The translations under genes were made by a program, and so were the position numbers. Below the pieces are notes generated by a model. That model worked only from the letters and a program-made list of their open reading frames with translations. It had not been told where the DNA came from and did no database searches. From Alkalisalibacterium limincola (GTDB lineage Bacteria; Pseudomonadota; Gammaproteobacteria; Xanthomonadales; Xanthomonadaceae): a stretch of 64,000 nucleotides of DNA. Location of the stretch: positions 140,501 through 204,500 of the forward strand of contig NZ_VRTS01000007.1 in the NCBI RefSeq assembly GCF_008017755.1. Direction: 5' to 3'. Position 1 is the stretch's first letter; the number at the start of each line of letters is the position of its first letter. Shown here piece after piece: positions 11,670 to 26,113 of this stretch.

Positions 11670-12944
11670 TTACTTCAGGGCGCGCCAGCCGATGTCGCTG
11701 CGGTGGAATTCGCCGTCCCAGCGGATCTTCGCCGCCAGCGCGTACGCACGCTGCTGGGCCTGGCGGATGTCCTCGCCCAGCGCGCAGGCGCACAGCACGC
11801 GGCCGCCGGCGGTCACCACCTGGCCATCGACGTCCTTCGTGCCAGCGTGGAACACCTTCGCGTCCTCGGCCACCGCGGCATCCAGGCCGCTGATCGCATC
11901 GCCGCTGCGCGGCGTGCCGGGATAGTTGTGCGCGGCCATGACCACGCCGAGGCTGGGGCGCGGGTCCCACTGCGCCACCTGGCCGGCCAGCGTGCCATCG
12001 ACCGCGGCCTCGACGAGCTCGACCAGGTCCGAGACCAGCCGCAGCATGACAGGCTGCGTCTCCGGATCGCCGAAGCGCACGTTGTACTCGATGACCTTGG
12101 GTGCACCGTCGCGATCGATCATCAGGCCGGCATAGAGGAAGCCGGTGAAGGCGATGCCGTCGGCGGCCATGCCGGCCACGGTCGGGTGCACGACTTCACG
12201 CAGGATCCGCTCGTGGATCTCCCGGGTCACCACCGGTGCCGGCGAATAGGCGCCCATGCCGCCGGTGTTCGGCCCGGTGTCGCCGTCGCCGACGCGCTTG
12301 TGGTCCTGGCTGGTGGCCATCGGCAGGGCGGTGGTGCCATCGACGATCGAGATGAAGCTGGCCTCCTCGCCGTCGAGGAACTCCTCGATGACCACGCGCG
12401 CACCGGCCGAGCCGAACGCGTTGCCGGCCAGCATGTCGCGCACCGCCGCCTCGGCCTCGTCCAGGGTCATCGCCACGATCACGCCTTTTCCGGCGGCCAG
12501 GCCATCGGCCTTGATGACGATCGGCGCGCCCTTCTCGGCGATATGCGCCAGCGCGGGGTCGAGCTCGGTGAAGACCGCGTAGTGCGCGGTGGGAATGCCG
12601 TGCCGGGCCATGAAGTCCTTGGCGAAGGCCTTGGAACCCTCCAGCTGGGCGGCGGCCGCGCTGGGCCCGAAGATGCGCAGGCCGGCCTTGCGGAAGCGGT
12701 CGACCACGCCGGCGACCAGCGGGGCCTCGGGGCCGACCACGGTCAGGCCCACGTCCTCGCCCTGGGCCAGCGCCAGCAGGTTGCCGATGTCGGTGGCCGG
12801 TACGGCGACGTTGCGGCACTTGGGCTCGCGCGCGGTGCCGGCATTGCCGGGGGCCACGAGGACTTCATCCACGCGTGGCGACTGGGCGAGCTTCCAGGCC
12901 AGCGCATGTTCGCGGCCGCCGTTGCCGATGACGAGGACTTTCAT
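11670..12944 (-). CDS. purD: phosphoribosylamine--glycine ligase
   Basis: 424 aa; [25 protein letters not shown]... ATP-grasp. Confidence 0.95.
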   Translation of the reverse strand: MKVLVIGNGGREHALAWKLAQSPRVDEVLVAPGNAGTAREPKCRNVAVPATDIGNLLALAQGEDVGLTVVGPEAPLVAGVVDRFRKAGLRIFGPSAAAAQLEGSKAFAKDFMARHGIPTAHYAVFTELDPALAHIAEKGAPIVIKADGLAAGKGVIVAMTLDEAEAAVRDMLAGNAFGSAGARVVIEEFLDGEEASFISIVDGTTALPMATSQDHKRVGDGDTGPNTGGMGAYSPAPVVTREIHERILREVVHPTVAGMAADGIAFTGFLYAGLMIDRDGAPKVIEYNVRFGDPETQPVMLRLVSDLVELVEAAVDGTLAGQVAQWDPRPSLGVVMAAHNYPGTPRSGDAISGLDAAVAEDAKVFHAGTKDVDGQVVTAGGRVLCACALGEDIRQAQQRAYALAAKIRWDGEFHRSDIGWRALK

Positions 12945-12980
12945 GGGAACTCCCTGTGTGTGCCGGGCCCGGGTGCGGGA

Positions 12981-14551
12981 TCAGTGGCGGAAGTGGCGGA
13001 TGCCGGTGAACACCATCGCCATGCCGTGTTCGTCGGCGGCGGCGATGACTTCCTTGTCGCGCATCGAGCCACCCGGCTGGATGACTGCCTTGATGCCGGC
13101 CGCAGCCGCGGCGTCGATGCCGTCGCGGAACGGGAAGAACGCGTCCGAGGCCATTGCCGAACCGGGCACGACCAGGCCGGCCTCCTCGGCCTTGATGCCG
13201 GCGATCTTCGCGCTGACCACGCGGCTCATCTGGCCGGCACCCACGCCGACGGTGTAGCCGTCGCGCGCATAGACGATGGCGTTGGACTTCACGTACTTCG
13301 CCACGCGCCAGGCGAACAGCAGGTCGGCCAGCTCGGCCGCGCTCGGTGCGCGCTGGCTGACGACCTTGAGCTCCTCGGCACCGACCTCGCGGATGTCGGC
13401 GGTCTGCATCAGCAGGCCGGAGCCGACGCGCTTGATGTCGAAGTTGTTGCGCCCCTCGCCGTCGGGAATCTCCAGCACGCGCACGTTGGCCTTCTTCGCC
13501 GAAAGCGCCAGGGCGTCGGCATCGATGGCCGGCGCGACGATGACCTCGACGAACTGGCGCTCGATGATCGCCTGCATCGTGGCGGCGTCGAGCGGCCGGT
13601 TGAACGCGATGATGCCGCCGAAGGCGGAGGTCGGGTCGGTGGCGTAGGCGCGGTCGTAGGCCTCGCCGAGGCCGTCCGCCTCGGCGACGCCGCAGGGGTT
13701 GGCATGCTTGACGATGACGCAGGCCGGGCGCTGGAACTGGCGCACGCATTCCCAGGCCGCATCGGTGTCGGCGAGGTTGTTGAAGCTCAGTTCCTTGCCC
13801 TGGTGCTGGCGCAGCGTGGCCAGCGTGCCCGGCACCGGGTACAGGTCGCGGTAGAACGCGGCCGACTGGTGCGGGTTTTCGCCGTAGCGCAGGTCCATGA
13901 CCTTGATGAAGTTGGAATGCTGCTGCACCGGGAACAGGCCACGCTCGCCGTCGGCGGAGAGGCTGCCGAGGTAGTTGCCGATGGCCGCGTCGTACTGTGC
14001 GACGCGATTGAACGCCGCCACGGACAGCTTGAAGCGGGTCTCGGCACCCAGCGTGCCGTCATGCGCGTCGAGCTCGGCGAGCAGGGCGTCGTACTGCGCC
14101 GGGTCGTCGCGACCGCGACCCGGGCGAAGTTCTTCGCCGCCGCGCGCAGCATCGCCGGGCCACCGATGTCGATGTTCTCGACCGCCTCGTCCATCGTGCA
14201 GTCGGGCCTGGCGGTGACGTGCTCGAACGGATACAGGTTGAGCACCAGCAGGTCGATCGCCTCGATGCCGTGCTCGGCCATGACCGCATCGTCGGTGCCG
14301 GCGCGGCCCAGCAGTCCGCCGTGCACCTTCGGGTGCAGCGTCTTGACCCGCCCGTCCATGATCTCCGGGAAGCCGGTGACCTCGCTCACGTCGGTGACCT
14401 CCAGGCCCGACTCGCGGATCGCGCGGGCGGTGCCGCCGGTGGACAGCAGCGCAACGCCCCGAGCGGCCAGCGCACGCGCCAGCTCGACCAGGCCGGTCTT
14501 GTCGGAAACGGAGAGCAGCGCCCGGCGGACGGGCAGGCGGGAATCGGACAT
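12981..14551 (-). CDS. purH: bifunctional AICAR transformylase / IMP cyclohydrolase (1-nt deletion frameshift near 14100-14115)
   Basis: N-terminal MGS-like domain ([19 protein letters not shown]...) in ORF 13787-14551, AICARFT domain in ORF 12981-14021; junction ...[10 protein letters not shown]|[10 protein letters not shown] recovered by a +1 shift. Confidence 0.9.
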
Positions 14552-14653
14552 CGTGTGGGGCCCAGCGGCTGGAGGGAGCCGCGAATTATAACGGGCCGGG
14601 CGGTCCGGGGTCGGCGCGCGGCATGCGCCGGGGTGCGCAACGGCGTCGAGGCG

Positions 14654-14974
14654 TCAGCCCAGGCCGTACAGGCGCAGCTTCTTGCGCAGCGTCGCGCGGT
14701 TGATGCCCAGCGCGGCGGCGGCGCGGCTCTGGTTGCCCCCGTAGTGGCGCATCACCTCGGCGAACAGCGGCGATTCGACTTCGCGCAGCACCACGTCGTA
14801 CAGGTCGTCGGGCGCGCAGTCGTCGAGGTCGGAAAGGTAGCGGCGCACGGCACCGGTGACGCACTCGCGCAGGGAAACGGCGTTCTTGGCCGTGGCCGGA
14901 TCACTGGTCACGGCACACGTATCCGTGGCGGAAGATGCATCGAGTGTCACGCGTTCTCTACTCCGGCGGTGCAT
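14654..14974 (-). CDS. fis: DNA-binding protein Fis
   Basis: C-terminal HTH ...[27 protein letters not shown]; ~106 aa from ATG at 14974. Confidence 0.85.
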   Translation of the reverse strand: MHRRSRERVTLDASSATDTCAVTSDPATAKNAVSLRECVTGAVRRYLSDLDDCAPDDLYDVVLREVESPLFAEVMRHYGGNQSRAAAALGINRATLRKKLRLYGLG

Positions 14975-15163
14975 GAAGCATGTGTCGTGCGGCTCCCCAG
15001 CCGCGACGTCGACGCAGTACCCGGATCCATCCGGGGGTCGACGAGGGAGGGGGAGTTTAACCCCCGCGTCGATCGACTTGCCACCTTGCGCGCAAGCGCT
15101 TGAGAACAGGCTGGAAAAAATCGCGCCAGTGCCGGCCACCCCGGTGCCTGCCTGTGCGGGCGT

Positions 15164-15607
15164 TCAGTGGAAGTCGAACGCAAAGGCGACCGCGGCGCGG
15201 TCACCCTCGATGACTTCCAGCGCCAGGCGCGCCGATTGGCCCGCCTCGACCAGCGCTTCGGGCGGCATGCCGCCCAGGTAGTCCTCGGCGTGGAAGTGGC
15301 GCAGGCCGACGACGCGGCCATCGAGGTCGGACAGGGTCAGCGCGACGACCGGCCAGGGTTGCGCGAACGCGGCGTCGTTGCGGAACGTGGCGGTGATCAG
15401 AAGCGCCCCGTCGACCGACGGGTGCGGACGCACGTCGCGTGCGGTGATCGTGAATGCCGAGGGCTCGTGCCAGGCCGGCAGCGTGCAGCCCAGCCAGCCG
15501 CAGGCGCGCTCCACGCCCGGGCGCCACTGCGCCTGCATCGCCAGCGCATCGCGCTCCACCCAAAGCCACTGCATCGCCGCCAGCACGGCCAGGCCCAGCG
15601 CGGCCAA
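15164..15607 (-). CDS. DUF3426-domain membrane protein (TTG start or N-terminal frameshift)
   Basis: TM helix (LAALGLAVLAAMQWLW) followed by beta-rich DUF3426-like region; sits between prmA and fis as in related genomes; a plausible N-terminus (MNEPSDPSSEQGDLF...) lies in another frame. Confidence 0.5.
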   Translation of the reverse strand: MAALGLAVLAAMQWLWVERDALAMQAQWRPGVERACGWLGCTLPAWHEPSAFTITARDVRPHPSVDGALLITATFRNDAAFAQPWPVVALTLSDLDGRVVGLRHFHAEDYLGGMPPEALVEAGQSARLALEVIEGDRAAVAFAFDFH

Positions 15608-15763
15608 CCACCAGCCGGCGCGCCCGATGGGCCGGCTGGGCCTTGCGCACGAAGCCGGGTGCCGGCGCGGCCTGGAACAGGTCGCCCTGTTCGCTGGAAG
15701 GATCGCTGGGCTCGTTCATGCGTTGCAGTCTAGCCGCAGCTTCGCGCAGCGGGGCAGTGCCCC

Positions 15764-16680
15764 TCAGTCGCGCCGACGGCCGTCGATGCGCACCCAGTCC
15801 TCGAGACGGGTCACCTGGAGTTCGTCGAACCACTCGCCATAGCGCTCCACCAGGTCGGGCGCCTGGTCGGGCAGGATTCCCGACAGCGCGATGCGGCCAC
15901 CGGGCGCCACGCGCGCGGCGATGCGGGCAGCCAGTGCGTCGAGTGCCGAGGCGAGGATGTTCGCCAGCACCACCGGGTACTGGCGCTCGGGCGCGTCGTC
16001 GGGCAGGAAGGCCGAGAGCCGGTCGTCCACGGCGTTGCGCTGCGCGTTGTCGGTGGTGGCGGTGATCGCCTGCGGATCATTGTCGATGCCGGTGGCGCTG
16101 CGCGCACCGAGCTTGAGCGCGGCCAGCGCGAGGATGCCGGAGCCGCAGCCGTAGTCGAGCACGTCGATGCCCTCGAGCGCGCCCTGCGCGGCCAGCGTGT
16201 CCAGCCACTGCAGGCACAGCGCGGTGGTGGGGTGCGTGCCCGAGCCGAAGGCCAGGCCCGGGTCGAGGCGGATGATCGCCGCGTCGTCGCCGGCCTCGGC
16301 CGGCAGCTCATGGTTCCAGGGCACGATCCAGGTGCGCGCACCGAAGCGCATCGGCTGGAACTGGTCGAGCCACGCGCGTTCCCAGTCCTGGTCCTCGACC
16401 TCGCGGAAGCTGGCGTTGGACAGGTCGAGTCCGTCGTCGAAGGATTCGAGCATCGACAGCACGCGCTCGGCGTCGCTGCCGGCGTCGAACAGCGCGGTCA
16501 GCACCACCTCCGGCCAGATCGGGGTCTCGCCCACGCCGGGCTCCAGGATCGCCCGCTCGTCGGGCGTGTCCGCGTCGGCGTCCAACGAGGTGACGCTCAG
16601 CGCACCGATGTCCTCGAGCGCGGCTTCGTAACGCGGCTGCTCGCGGCCGGGACAGCGCAGGCTCAGTTCCAGGAACGGCA

Positions 16681-16681
<1 letters not shown>
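15764..16681 (-). CDS. prmA: ribosomal protein L11 methyltransferase
   Basis: 305 aa; SAM-binding motif [15 protein letters not shown]; ATG overlaps accC stop (ATGA). Confidence 0.9.
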
Positions 16682-18048
<1,367 letters not shown>

Positions 18049-18059
18049 GGGAATTGCCT

Positions 18060-18554
18060 TCAGCTGATGACGAACATGGGTTCGTCGAACTCGACCGGCT
18101 GGCCGTTCTCGACCAGGATCGCGCTGACGGTGCCCGAGACCTCGGCCTCGATCGGATTGAACATCTTCATCGCCTCGATGACGCCCAGCGTGTCGCCGGC
18201 CTTGACCTGCTGGCCGACCTTCACGAACGGCGGCGACTCCGGGTTCGGAGCGGCGTAGTAGGTGCCGACCATCGGCGAGCGCAGCACTTCACCGTCTGGC
18301 AGTTCGCGGCCGGAGGACTTGCCGCCGGACTCGCCGCCACCGGTGCTGCTGCTGGAGGCCTGGGGCGCGCTGGCGCTCGGGGCCGGCGCCGGGGCGCGAT
18401 GCGGCTCCATGTGCACATGGGTCACCGGCGCGGCCGGCACGTTGCCGGTCAGGCGCGAGAGGCGAACCGACTCTTCGCCTTCCTTGATCTCGATCTCGGA
18501 GAGGTTGGACTCCTCGAGCAGGTCGATGAGCTTCTTGATTTTCCTGAGGTCCAT
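18060..18554 (-). CDS. accB: acetyl-CoA carboxylase biotin carboxyl carrier protein
   Basis: 164 aa; biotinylation motif IEAMKMFN. Confidence 0.9.
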   Translation of the reverse strand: MDLRKIKKLIDLLEESNLSEIEIKEGEESVRLSRLTGNVPAAPVTHVHMEPHRAPAPAPSASAPQASSSSTGGGESGGKSSGRELPDGEVLRSPMVGTYYAAPNPESPPFVKVGQQVKAGDTLGVIEAMKMFNPIEAEVSGTVSAILVENGQPVEFDEPMFVIS

Positions 18555-18605
18555 ATCGGGCTCTGCAGTGATGGCCGCGCCGGGGCGCGACGGTGGACGG
18601 AAGGG

Positions 18606-19046
18606 TCAGTGGGCCAGGTGCCGCAGGGCGGCATCGAGGCCGGCGTAATAGCTGTGCGCGCCGAAGCCGGCGACCACGCCCTCGGCCAGGTCGCTGAAGT
18701 AGCTGTGCTGGCGGAACGGTTCGCGGCGGTGCGGGTTGGACAGGTGCACTTCGATGAAGGGCAGGCCGGTGGCGGCCAGCGCGTCGCGGATCGCGACCGA
18801 GGTGTGGGTGAAGGCGGCCGGGTTGATCAGCACGAAGGCGGTGCCGTCGGTGCGGGCGGCCTGGATGCGGTCGACCAGCACGTGCTCGGCATTGGACTGC
18901 AGCGACTCGACCTGGTGGCCGGCCTGCTCGGCCTGCTGCGCCAGCGCGCTGTCGATCTCGGCCAGCGTGGTGCGGCCATAGATTTCGGGCTCGCGCGAGC
19001 CAAGCAGGTTGAGGTTGGGTCCGTGCAGGACGAGGATCTGCGCCAT
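18606..19046 (-). CDS. aroQ: type II 3-dehydroquinate dehydratase
   Basis: [24 protein letters not shown]... Confidence 0.9.
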   Translation of the reverse strand: MAQILVLHGPNLNLLGSREPEIYGRTTLAEIDSALAQQAEQAGHQVESLQSNAEHVLVDRIQAARTDGTAFVLINPAAFTHTSVAIRDALAATGLPFIEVHLSNPHRREPFRQHSYFSDLAEGVVAGFGAHSYYAGLDAALRHLAH

Positions 19047-19146
19047 GGGGCCTCCGGAAGCGGCCACAGTGTCAGCGATCCCCCCGACCTTGTCCAGATA
19101 GACGGACGTTCGCGGGAGTTGCCGGCGATTTAAGCGAATGTTTGAA

Positions 19147-19699
19147 TTATTGGGCGGCCTCGGCCCAGCCCTGCAGCTCGCGGCGGGTGAACACGCCGAG
19201 CTTTTCGCGCAGCACCCGGCCCTCGGCGTCGAGCAGCACCGAGTAGGGCAGCACGCCGCGGCTGTTTCCCAGCTGCACCGAGCTGTCGGTGGGGCCGGGC
19301 TGGTCCATCAGGATCGGGTAGGCCACCGGCACCTGGGCCAGGAAGTCCTGCACCGGTTCGAGGTCGTCGAGTGCGATGCCCAGCACTTGCACGCCGTCCG
19401 TTCCCTGTTCGCGGGCGAACTCGTCGAGCAGCGGCATCTCTTCGATGCACGGCCCGCACCACGAGGCCCAGAAGTTCACCAGCACCGGCTGTCCCTGCCA
19501 CTCCGACAGCGCCCGCGGCCGGCCCTCGAGGTCGGGCAGTTCGATGGCGGGTGCGAGGTCGCCCTCGCGGGCCACCTCCAGCCCGCGCGGCGCCGGCTGC
19601 TCGGGGGGGCAGCATCGCGCGCTGCCCGAGCTTCATGCCGGCATAGCCCGCCACCGCGGCCACGGCCAGCAGCCCCAGGATCGGCAGGACCCGGTTCAC
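19147..19699 (-). CDS. TlpA/ResA-like thiol:disulfide oxidoreductase with N-terminal signal anchor (frameshift in G7 run 19606-19612)
   Basis: WASWCGPC thioredoxin motif; signal anchor [20 protein letters not shown] in ORF 19130-19699 joins in frame if the G7 run were G6. Confidence 0.7.
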
Positions 19700-21929
19700 C
19701 GGCCCGCCTCCTGCAGTGCCGTGCGCACACCACCCATGCTCAGCACCGTCGGCAGCGTGCGCGGCTCGCCGCCGTTGCCGGGGTAGACCACGTACAGCGG
19801 CACGCCGACCGCATTGTGCGATTCCAGGAAGGCGGTGATCTCGGGATCGACATTGGTCCAGTCACCGACCATGTACACGCCGTTGACCGCGTCGAGGGCG
19901 CTGCGGAATTCGCTGCTGGCCAGCACCCGGCGCTCGTTGGCCTTGCAGGTGACGCACCAGTCGGCGGTCATGTTGATGAAGACCGGGCGGCCCTCCTCGC
20001 GCAGCGCGGCGAGCCGTTGCGCGGAGTAGGCGACGCGATCGCCGCTGATCGCGGCCGCGTCCGCGCCGGCCGCCGGCGCCTCGAGGTCCTTGAGCATCCA
20101 CACCGGGATGAAGGCCGCCAGCAGCACCGCGATCGCCAGCACCCTGCCCAGGCGGCCGTCGTGGAAGCGGCGCCGCTCCATCCACCACAGGCCGGCGGCC
20201 AGCACCACCGCACCCAGCAGCAGCAGGCCGACCGCGTCGCGCCGCGCTGGTTGGCCAGCACCCACACCAGCCACACCGCCACCAGGTACATCGGGAAGGC
20301 CAGCAGTTGCTTGAAGCCGTCCATCCATGCGCCGGGTCGGGGCAGGCGTGCCGCCAGTGCCGGGATGAAGCCGATCAGCAGGAACGGCAGGGCCAGGCCC
20401 AGGCCCAGCGCCAGGAACACGCCCAGTGCCAGCGCCGGCGGCGCGGCGAACGCGAACGCCAGCGCTGCGCCCATGAACGGCGCCGTGCACGGGCTGGCGA
20501 CCAGCACCGCCAGCACGCCGGTGAAGAAGTCGCCGGCGATGCCGGGCTTCTCGGTCAGGCCGTGGCCGACGCCGGCCAGGCGGCCACCGATCGAGAACAC
20601 GCCCGACAGGTTCAGGCCGATGGCCAGCATCAGGTAGGCCAGCAGCGCGATGACGATGGGCTGCTGCAGCTGGAAGCCCCAGCCCAGGGCCAGGCCGGCC
20701 GCACGCAGGCCCAGCACCAGCAGGCCGATCACGCCGAAGCTCACCAGCACGCCGGCGGTGTACCAGATCGCGCTGCGGCGGGCGTGCGCATGGCTGTGCC
20801 CGCCGCTGGCCAGGCTCAGGGCCTTCAGCGACAGGATCGGCAGCACGCAGGGCATCAGGTTGAGCAACACGCCACCGCCCAGCGCCAGCAGCAGTGCCAG
20901 CCACAGCGTGGTGCCGCTGCCGCGCGTGGCAGCGTCGATGGCCGTCGCGGTGCCGCCGGCCGGCAGGTCGATGGTGAAGACGCGCTGCATCGGCGGATAG
21001 CAGATGCCGCCGTCCTGGCAACCCTGGATGCCCAGCTGCAGCGTGATCGCGGTGGCCTCGGTGTGGCTGCGCAGCAGCTTCACCGGCACGTCGATCTGCT
21101 CGAAGTACACCGCCGACTCGCCGAAGAACTCGTCCTCGTGCTGCACCGCCTCCGGCCAACGCACCTCGGCCACGGTGACGCGACCGCGCTCGGCGTCGAT
21201 CGCGAAGGTGGTGTTGTCGCGGTAGAGGTAGTAGCCCGGGGCCGGCGTGAGCCGCAGCAGCAGCCCCTCCGGGCCGTCGGCGATCGCTTCGGCACGGAAC
21301 GCGCGCGCTTCCGGCAGGGGCAGCGCGTCGGTCTGGCCGGGGCCGGCGAAGCCGCCGAACAGGTCGCCGCCGCCACCGCCGCCCAGGCCGAGATCGAACT
21401 CGCCGGTGCGCGGCGGTGCGGCCGGCGACGCCGTGGTGGGTGCGGCGGCGGCCGGGGCCGCCGCGATCACCAGGGTCTGGCGGTGGGGCGGGTAGCAGAT
21501 GCCGATGTCGGCGCAACCCTGGTAGGTGACCTCCAGGGTGACTTCGCGCGCGCCTGCATCAAGCCGCCCGGGCAGGGAGGCTGCGAGCACCTGGCGGTAG
21601 GTTTCCACGTCGCCGAAGAACTCGTCGGTGTAGGCCTCGCCCGGCGGGAGCTCCAGCTCGCCACTGGCCTGGAAGCCCTGCACGTCGAGCACGCGGATGC
21701 GGTGGCGGTAGAGGTAGTAGCCCTCGGCGATGGCCCAGCGCAGGTCGATGCGCTCCCCGTCCACCACGCGGGCGTCCAGCGCGAACGCCTCCTCGATGGG
21801 CAGCAGGTCGGACTGGTCGATCGCCAGCGCGGGGCGAGGCAGCAGGGCCAGGGCGCACAGGGCCAGCAGGGCGAGCAGGGCGCCGGCGATCGACCCGGGT
21901 CGGGCTCCGGGGTGGCTACGGGCAACGGG
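19696..21929 (-). CDS. dsbD: thiol:disulfide interchange protein DsbD (frameshift near 20235-20250; start uncertain)
   Basis: Two periplasmic Cys-containing domains, central multi-TM domain, C-terminal thioredoxin (WCVTCK) in the adjacent frame; cutA immediately upstream. Confidence 0.85.
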
Positions 21930-21934
21930 TGGAT

Positions 21935-22285
21935 TCAAACCGGTGGATCCTTTGGCGTGGCCGCTGGCGGGGTCGTGGTTTCGCTGGCGACCCATTCGAG
22001 GTAACCGGGCAGGCCGGCGACGATTTCGACAGCGATGATCTCGGGAAGTTCGTACGGGTGCGCCTCGCGCAGCAGCTCGCGCAGTGCCGGCCAGGCCGCC
22101 TGCGTCGTCTTGAGCAGCAGCACGACTTCGTCGGCCGTCTCGATCTCGCCTTCCCAGCGGTAGGTCGACACGGCACCCGGCAGGGCCGTGGCACACGCGG
22201 CCAGGCGGGCCTGGACCGCACTCTTCGCGAGGCGCGTGGCGGTGTCGGAATCGGGGCAGCTGCAGTGGACGAGGTAGGCGGGCAT
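21935..22285 (-). CDS. cutA: divalent-cation tolerance protein CutA
   Basis: 116 aa; MPAYLVHCSCPDSDTATRLAKSAVQARLAAC...; cutA-dsbD operon arrangement. Confidence 0.85.
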   Translation of the reverse strand: MPAYLVHCSCPDSDTATRLAKSAVQARLAACATALPGAVSTYRWEGEIETADEVVLLLKTTQAAWPALRELLREAHPYELPEIIAVEIVAGLPGYLEWVASETTTPPAATPKDPPV

Positions 22286-22371
22286 CGGGCGTGGGGTCCT
22301 GCGCGGTGCGGCTTGTCTGGCGGCGGCGCCGCGCCCAAGATGAAGGCCTGTCCAGCCTGCGAGCGCCACAC

Positions 22372-23754
22372 CGGATGCACACACAGCCACTCTTGGAACA
22401 GGCCCGCCAGGCTCGTCGGGCCGGCGCGCTGTCCGCGGCGGAGGCATGTTACCGCGAATACCTGCGGCACCGCTGCGAGGACGACGAGGTGTTGCAGGAG
22501 CTGGCCGGGGTGCTGTTCGACATGCAGCGCGTGGGCGAGGCGGAGGCGACGATCGAGCAGGCGCTGGCGCTGCGGCCGGATGCACCCGACCTGTTGTTCA
22601 ACCGCGCCATGGTGCGCCGCGCGCTGGATCGGCCCGAGCTGGCCCTGGCCGACCTCGACGCGGTGGTCGCCGCGGTGCCGTGGCAGGGAGCGGCGCGGCT
22701 GCATCGCGGCGTTCTGCGTTCCGACCTCGGGCGCCTGCAGGAGGCGCTGGAGGATTTCGAGCACCTGCAGCGCGAGGAGCCGCAGCGGCTGGAGGGACAT
22801 TTCAATGCGGGCCTGGCGCTCACGCGCCTGGACCGTCACGGCGAGGCGATCGCCAGCCTGCAGCGGGCGCGCGCGATCGCGCCGAGATCGGTGCCGGTGC
22901 TGCGCGGCCTGGGCAATGCACTGCGCGAGGGCGGTCGGGCGGCGGAGGGGCTGGAGGTGCTGCGCGAGTGCGTGGCGCTGGACGCCAACGATGCCGCCAG
23001 CCTCGGCGACCTCGGCATGTGCCAGTTGGCCGCCGGGCAGCCGGGCGAATCCGTGCAAAGCTTCCAGCGCGCGCTGGCGCTGGACCCGCGCGACCAGACC
23101 GCGCTGGCCGGCTGGTACCTGGCCAGCAACGACGCCGGTGCGAGCGAACAGGCGCGGCTGCTGTTCGACCCGGCCCTGATCGGCCACGGCCAGCTGGTCC
23201 CGGAAGATCCGGACGCATTGCGCGCCGCGGTGCTCGACCATCCGCAACTGCGCTGGGAGCCGACCGGCAAGACCACCCGCAAGGGGGAGCAGACCGCTTT
23301 CCTGGACCTGTCGCCGGGCTCGCCGTTCGCCGGCCACGGCGCGCAGGTGGCGAAGGCGGTGGCGCAACGCATCCAGGCCCTGCTCGACGACCCGACCCTG
23401 TCGGCGCATCCGTGGATGAAGGGGCGGCTGTCGCGCTGGCGCCTGCGCATGTGGGCCACCGTGCTGCGCGAGGGCGGGCACCAGGCCCCGCACATCCACC
23501 CCTCGGGCTGGATGAGCGGTGTGTTCTACCTCGACGATGGCGACGCCGACCCGCAGGCGGGGCAGGGCGGCACGATCGTGTTCGGCCGCGGTCCCGACGA
23601 GCTGGCCCTGCAGGCACCGCCGCTGGAGTGGTCGCACCAGCCCGCCACCGGCGAGCTGCTGCTGTTCCCGTCCTACTTCCACCACCACACGCTGCCCTTC
23701 GCCGGTCGCGGCGTGCGCATCAGCCTGGCCTTCGACGTGGTGCCGCGCGGCTGA
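22372..23754 (+). CDS. TPR-repeat protein with C-terminal 2OG-Fe(II) oxygenase-like domain
   Basis: Multiple TPR-like repeats; C-terminal HIHPSGWMSGVFYL...FPSYFHHHTLPF resembling PF13759-type oxygenase fold. Confidence 0.6.
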   Translation, partial: RMHTQPLLEQARQARRAGALSAAEACYREYLRHRCEDDEVLQELAGVLFDMQRVGEAEATIEQALALRPDAPDLLFNRAMVRRALDRPELALADLDAVVAAVPWQGAARLHRGVLRSDLGRLQEALEDFEHLQREEPQRLEGHFNAGLALTRLDRHGEAIASLQRARAIAPRSVPVLRGLGNALREGGRAAEGLEVLRECVALDANDAASLGDLGMCQLAAGQPGESVQSFQRALALDPRDQTALAGWYLASNDAGASEQARLLFDPALIGHGQLVPEDPDALRAAVLDHPQLRWEPTGKTTRKGEQTAFLDLSPGSPFAGHGAQVAKAVAQRIQALLDDPTLSAHPWMKGRLSRWRLRMWATVLREGGHQAPHIHPSGWMSGVFYLDDGDADPQAGQGGTIVFGRGPDELALQAPPLEWSHQPATGELLLFPSYFHHHTLPFAGRGVRISLAFDVVPRG

Positions 23755-23827
23755 GTCCGTCCGTCGGGCGCAGGCACCGGGGCGCCCGCTGCCCTGTCCC
23801 TGGGTCGCCGTTCGCCGCGTTGGCCCC

Positions 23828-23860
23828 CCTTGAATTCGTTCGCCCTGCCTCCATTGAAGG
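23828..23860 (+). promoter_or_regulatory. sigma32-type heat-shock promoter (CTTGAA-N14-CTCCATTG) for groESL
   Basis: Match to CTTGAAA-N13-15-CCCCATNT consensus upstream of CIRCE and groES. Confidence 0.35.
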
Positions 23861-23902
23861 GCCAGTCGCCGGCTTCCGGATCGGACTGTCGGCGCGCTAA
23901 AA

Positions 23903-23929
23903 TTGGCACTCAACGGGGTGGAGTGCTAA
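23903..23929. promoter_or_regulatory. CIRCE element (HrcA operator) TTGGCACTC-N9-GAGTGCTAA
   Basis: Near-perfect match to TTAGCACTC-N9-GAGTGCTAA, 48 nt upstream of groES ATG. Confidence 0.8.
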
Positions 23930-23976
23930 CAGAGCACCCCGGAATCCAATCAATTCAAATGTTTAGAGGGTTACGC

Positions 23977-24264
23977 ATGAACATCAAGCCGCTGCACGAC
24001 CGTGTCGTCATCAAGCGCATGGAAGAAGAAAAGGTCTCCGCCGGTGGCATCGTGATCCCGGACTCGGCCACCGAGAAGCCGATCCGTGGCGAAGTGGTTG
24101 CCGTGGGCACGGGCAAGGCCCTGGACAACGGCCAGACCCGCGAGCTGCAGGTCAAGGTCGGCGACAAGGTGCTGTTCGGCAAGTATTCCGGCACCGAAGT
24201 GAAGATCGACGGCACCGAGTACCTGGTGGTCCGCGAGGACGACCTGTTCGCGGTCATCGCCTGA
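23977..24264 (+). CDS. groES: co-chaperonin GroES
   Basis: [35 protein letters not shown]... Confidence 0.95.
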   Translation: MNIKPLHDRVVIKRMEEEKVSAGGIVIPDSATEKPIRGEVVAVGTGKALDNGQTRELQVKVGDKVLFGKYSGTEVKIDGTEYLVVREDDLFAVIA

Positions 24265-24371
24265 TCCATCCCTGATCGGCCAGGGCGGCGAGGCAGCCGC
24301 GGCACCGGCTCTCCCCGGTCCGCAGGCGCCCGACCGCCGCCCGGCACCCCCACATCCAATTCCTGAGGTGA

Positions 24372-26017
<1,646 letters not shown>

Positions 26018-26047
26018 GTCCCGCCTATCCCGCGACACCGTGAAACG

Positions 26048-26079
26048 AAAGGGCCCCGCAGCGATGCGGGGCCTTTTTC
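26048..26079 (+). terminator. rho-independent terminator after groEL
   Basis: GGGCCCCGCagcgatGCGGGGCC stem followed by TTTTTCG. Confidence 0.7.
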
Positions 26080-26113
26080 GTTATGGTTCCAGCGGGTCCA
26101 TAAGGATGAGGCC

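Noticed and set aside
9602-11893. 763-aa + strand ORF and 10509..11384 - ORF
   Set aside because: Off-frame or antisense to the LplT-Aas gene. Arg/His/Asp/Gln-rich low-complexity text.
11652-14591. 979-aa + strand ORF
   Set aside because: Antisense to purD and purH, both of which have unambiguous enzyme motifs on the minus strand.
20307-22004. 565-aa + strand ORF
   Set aside because: Antisense to dsbD. Gln/Arg/Ala-rich mirror text.
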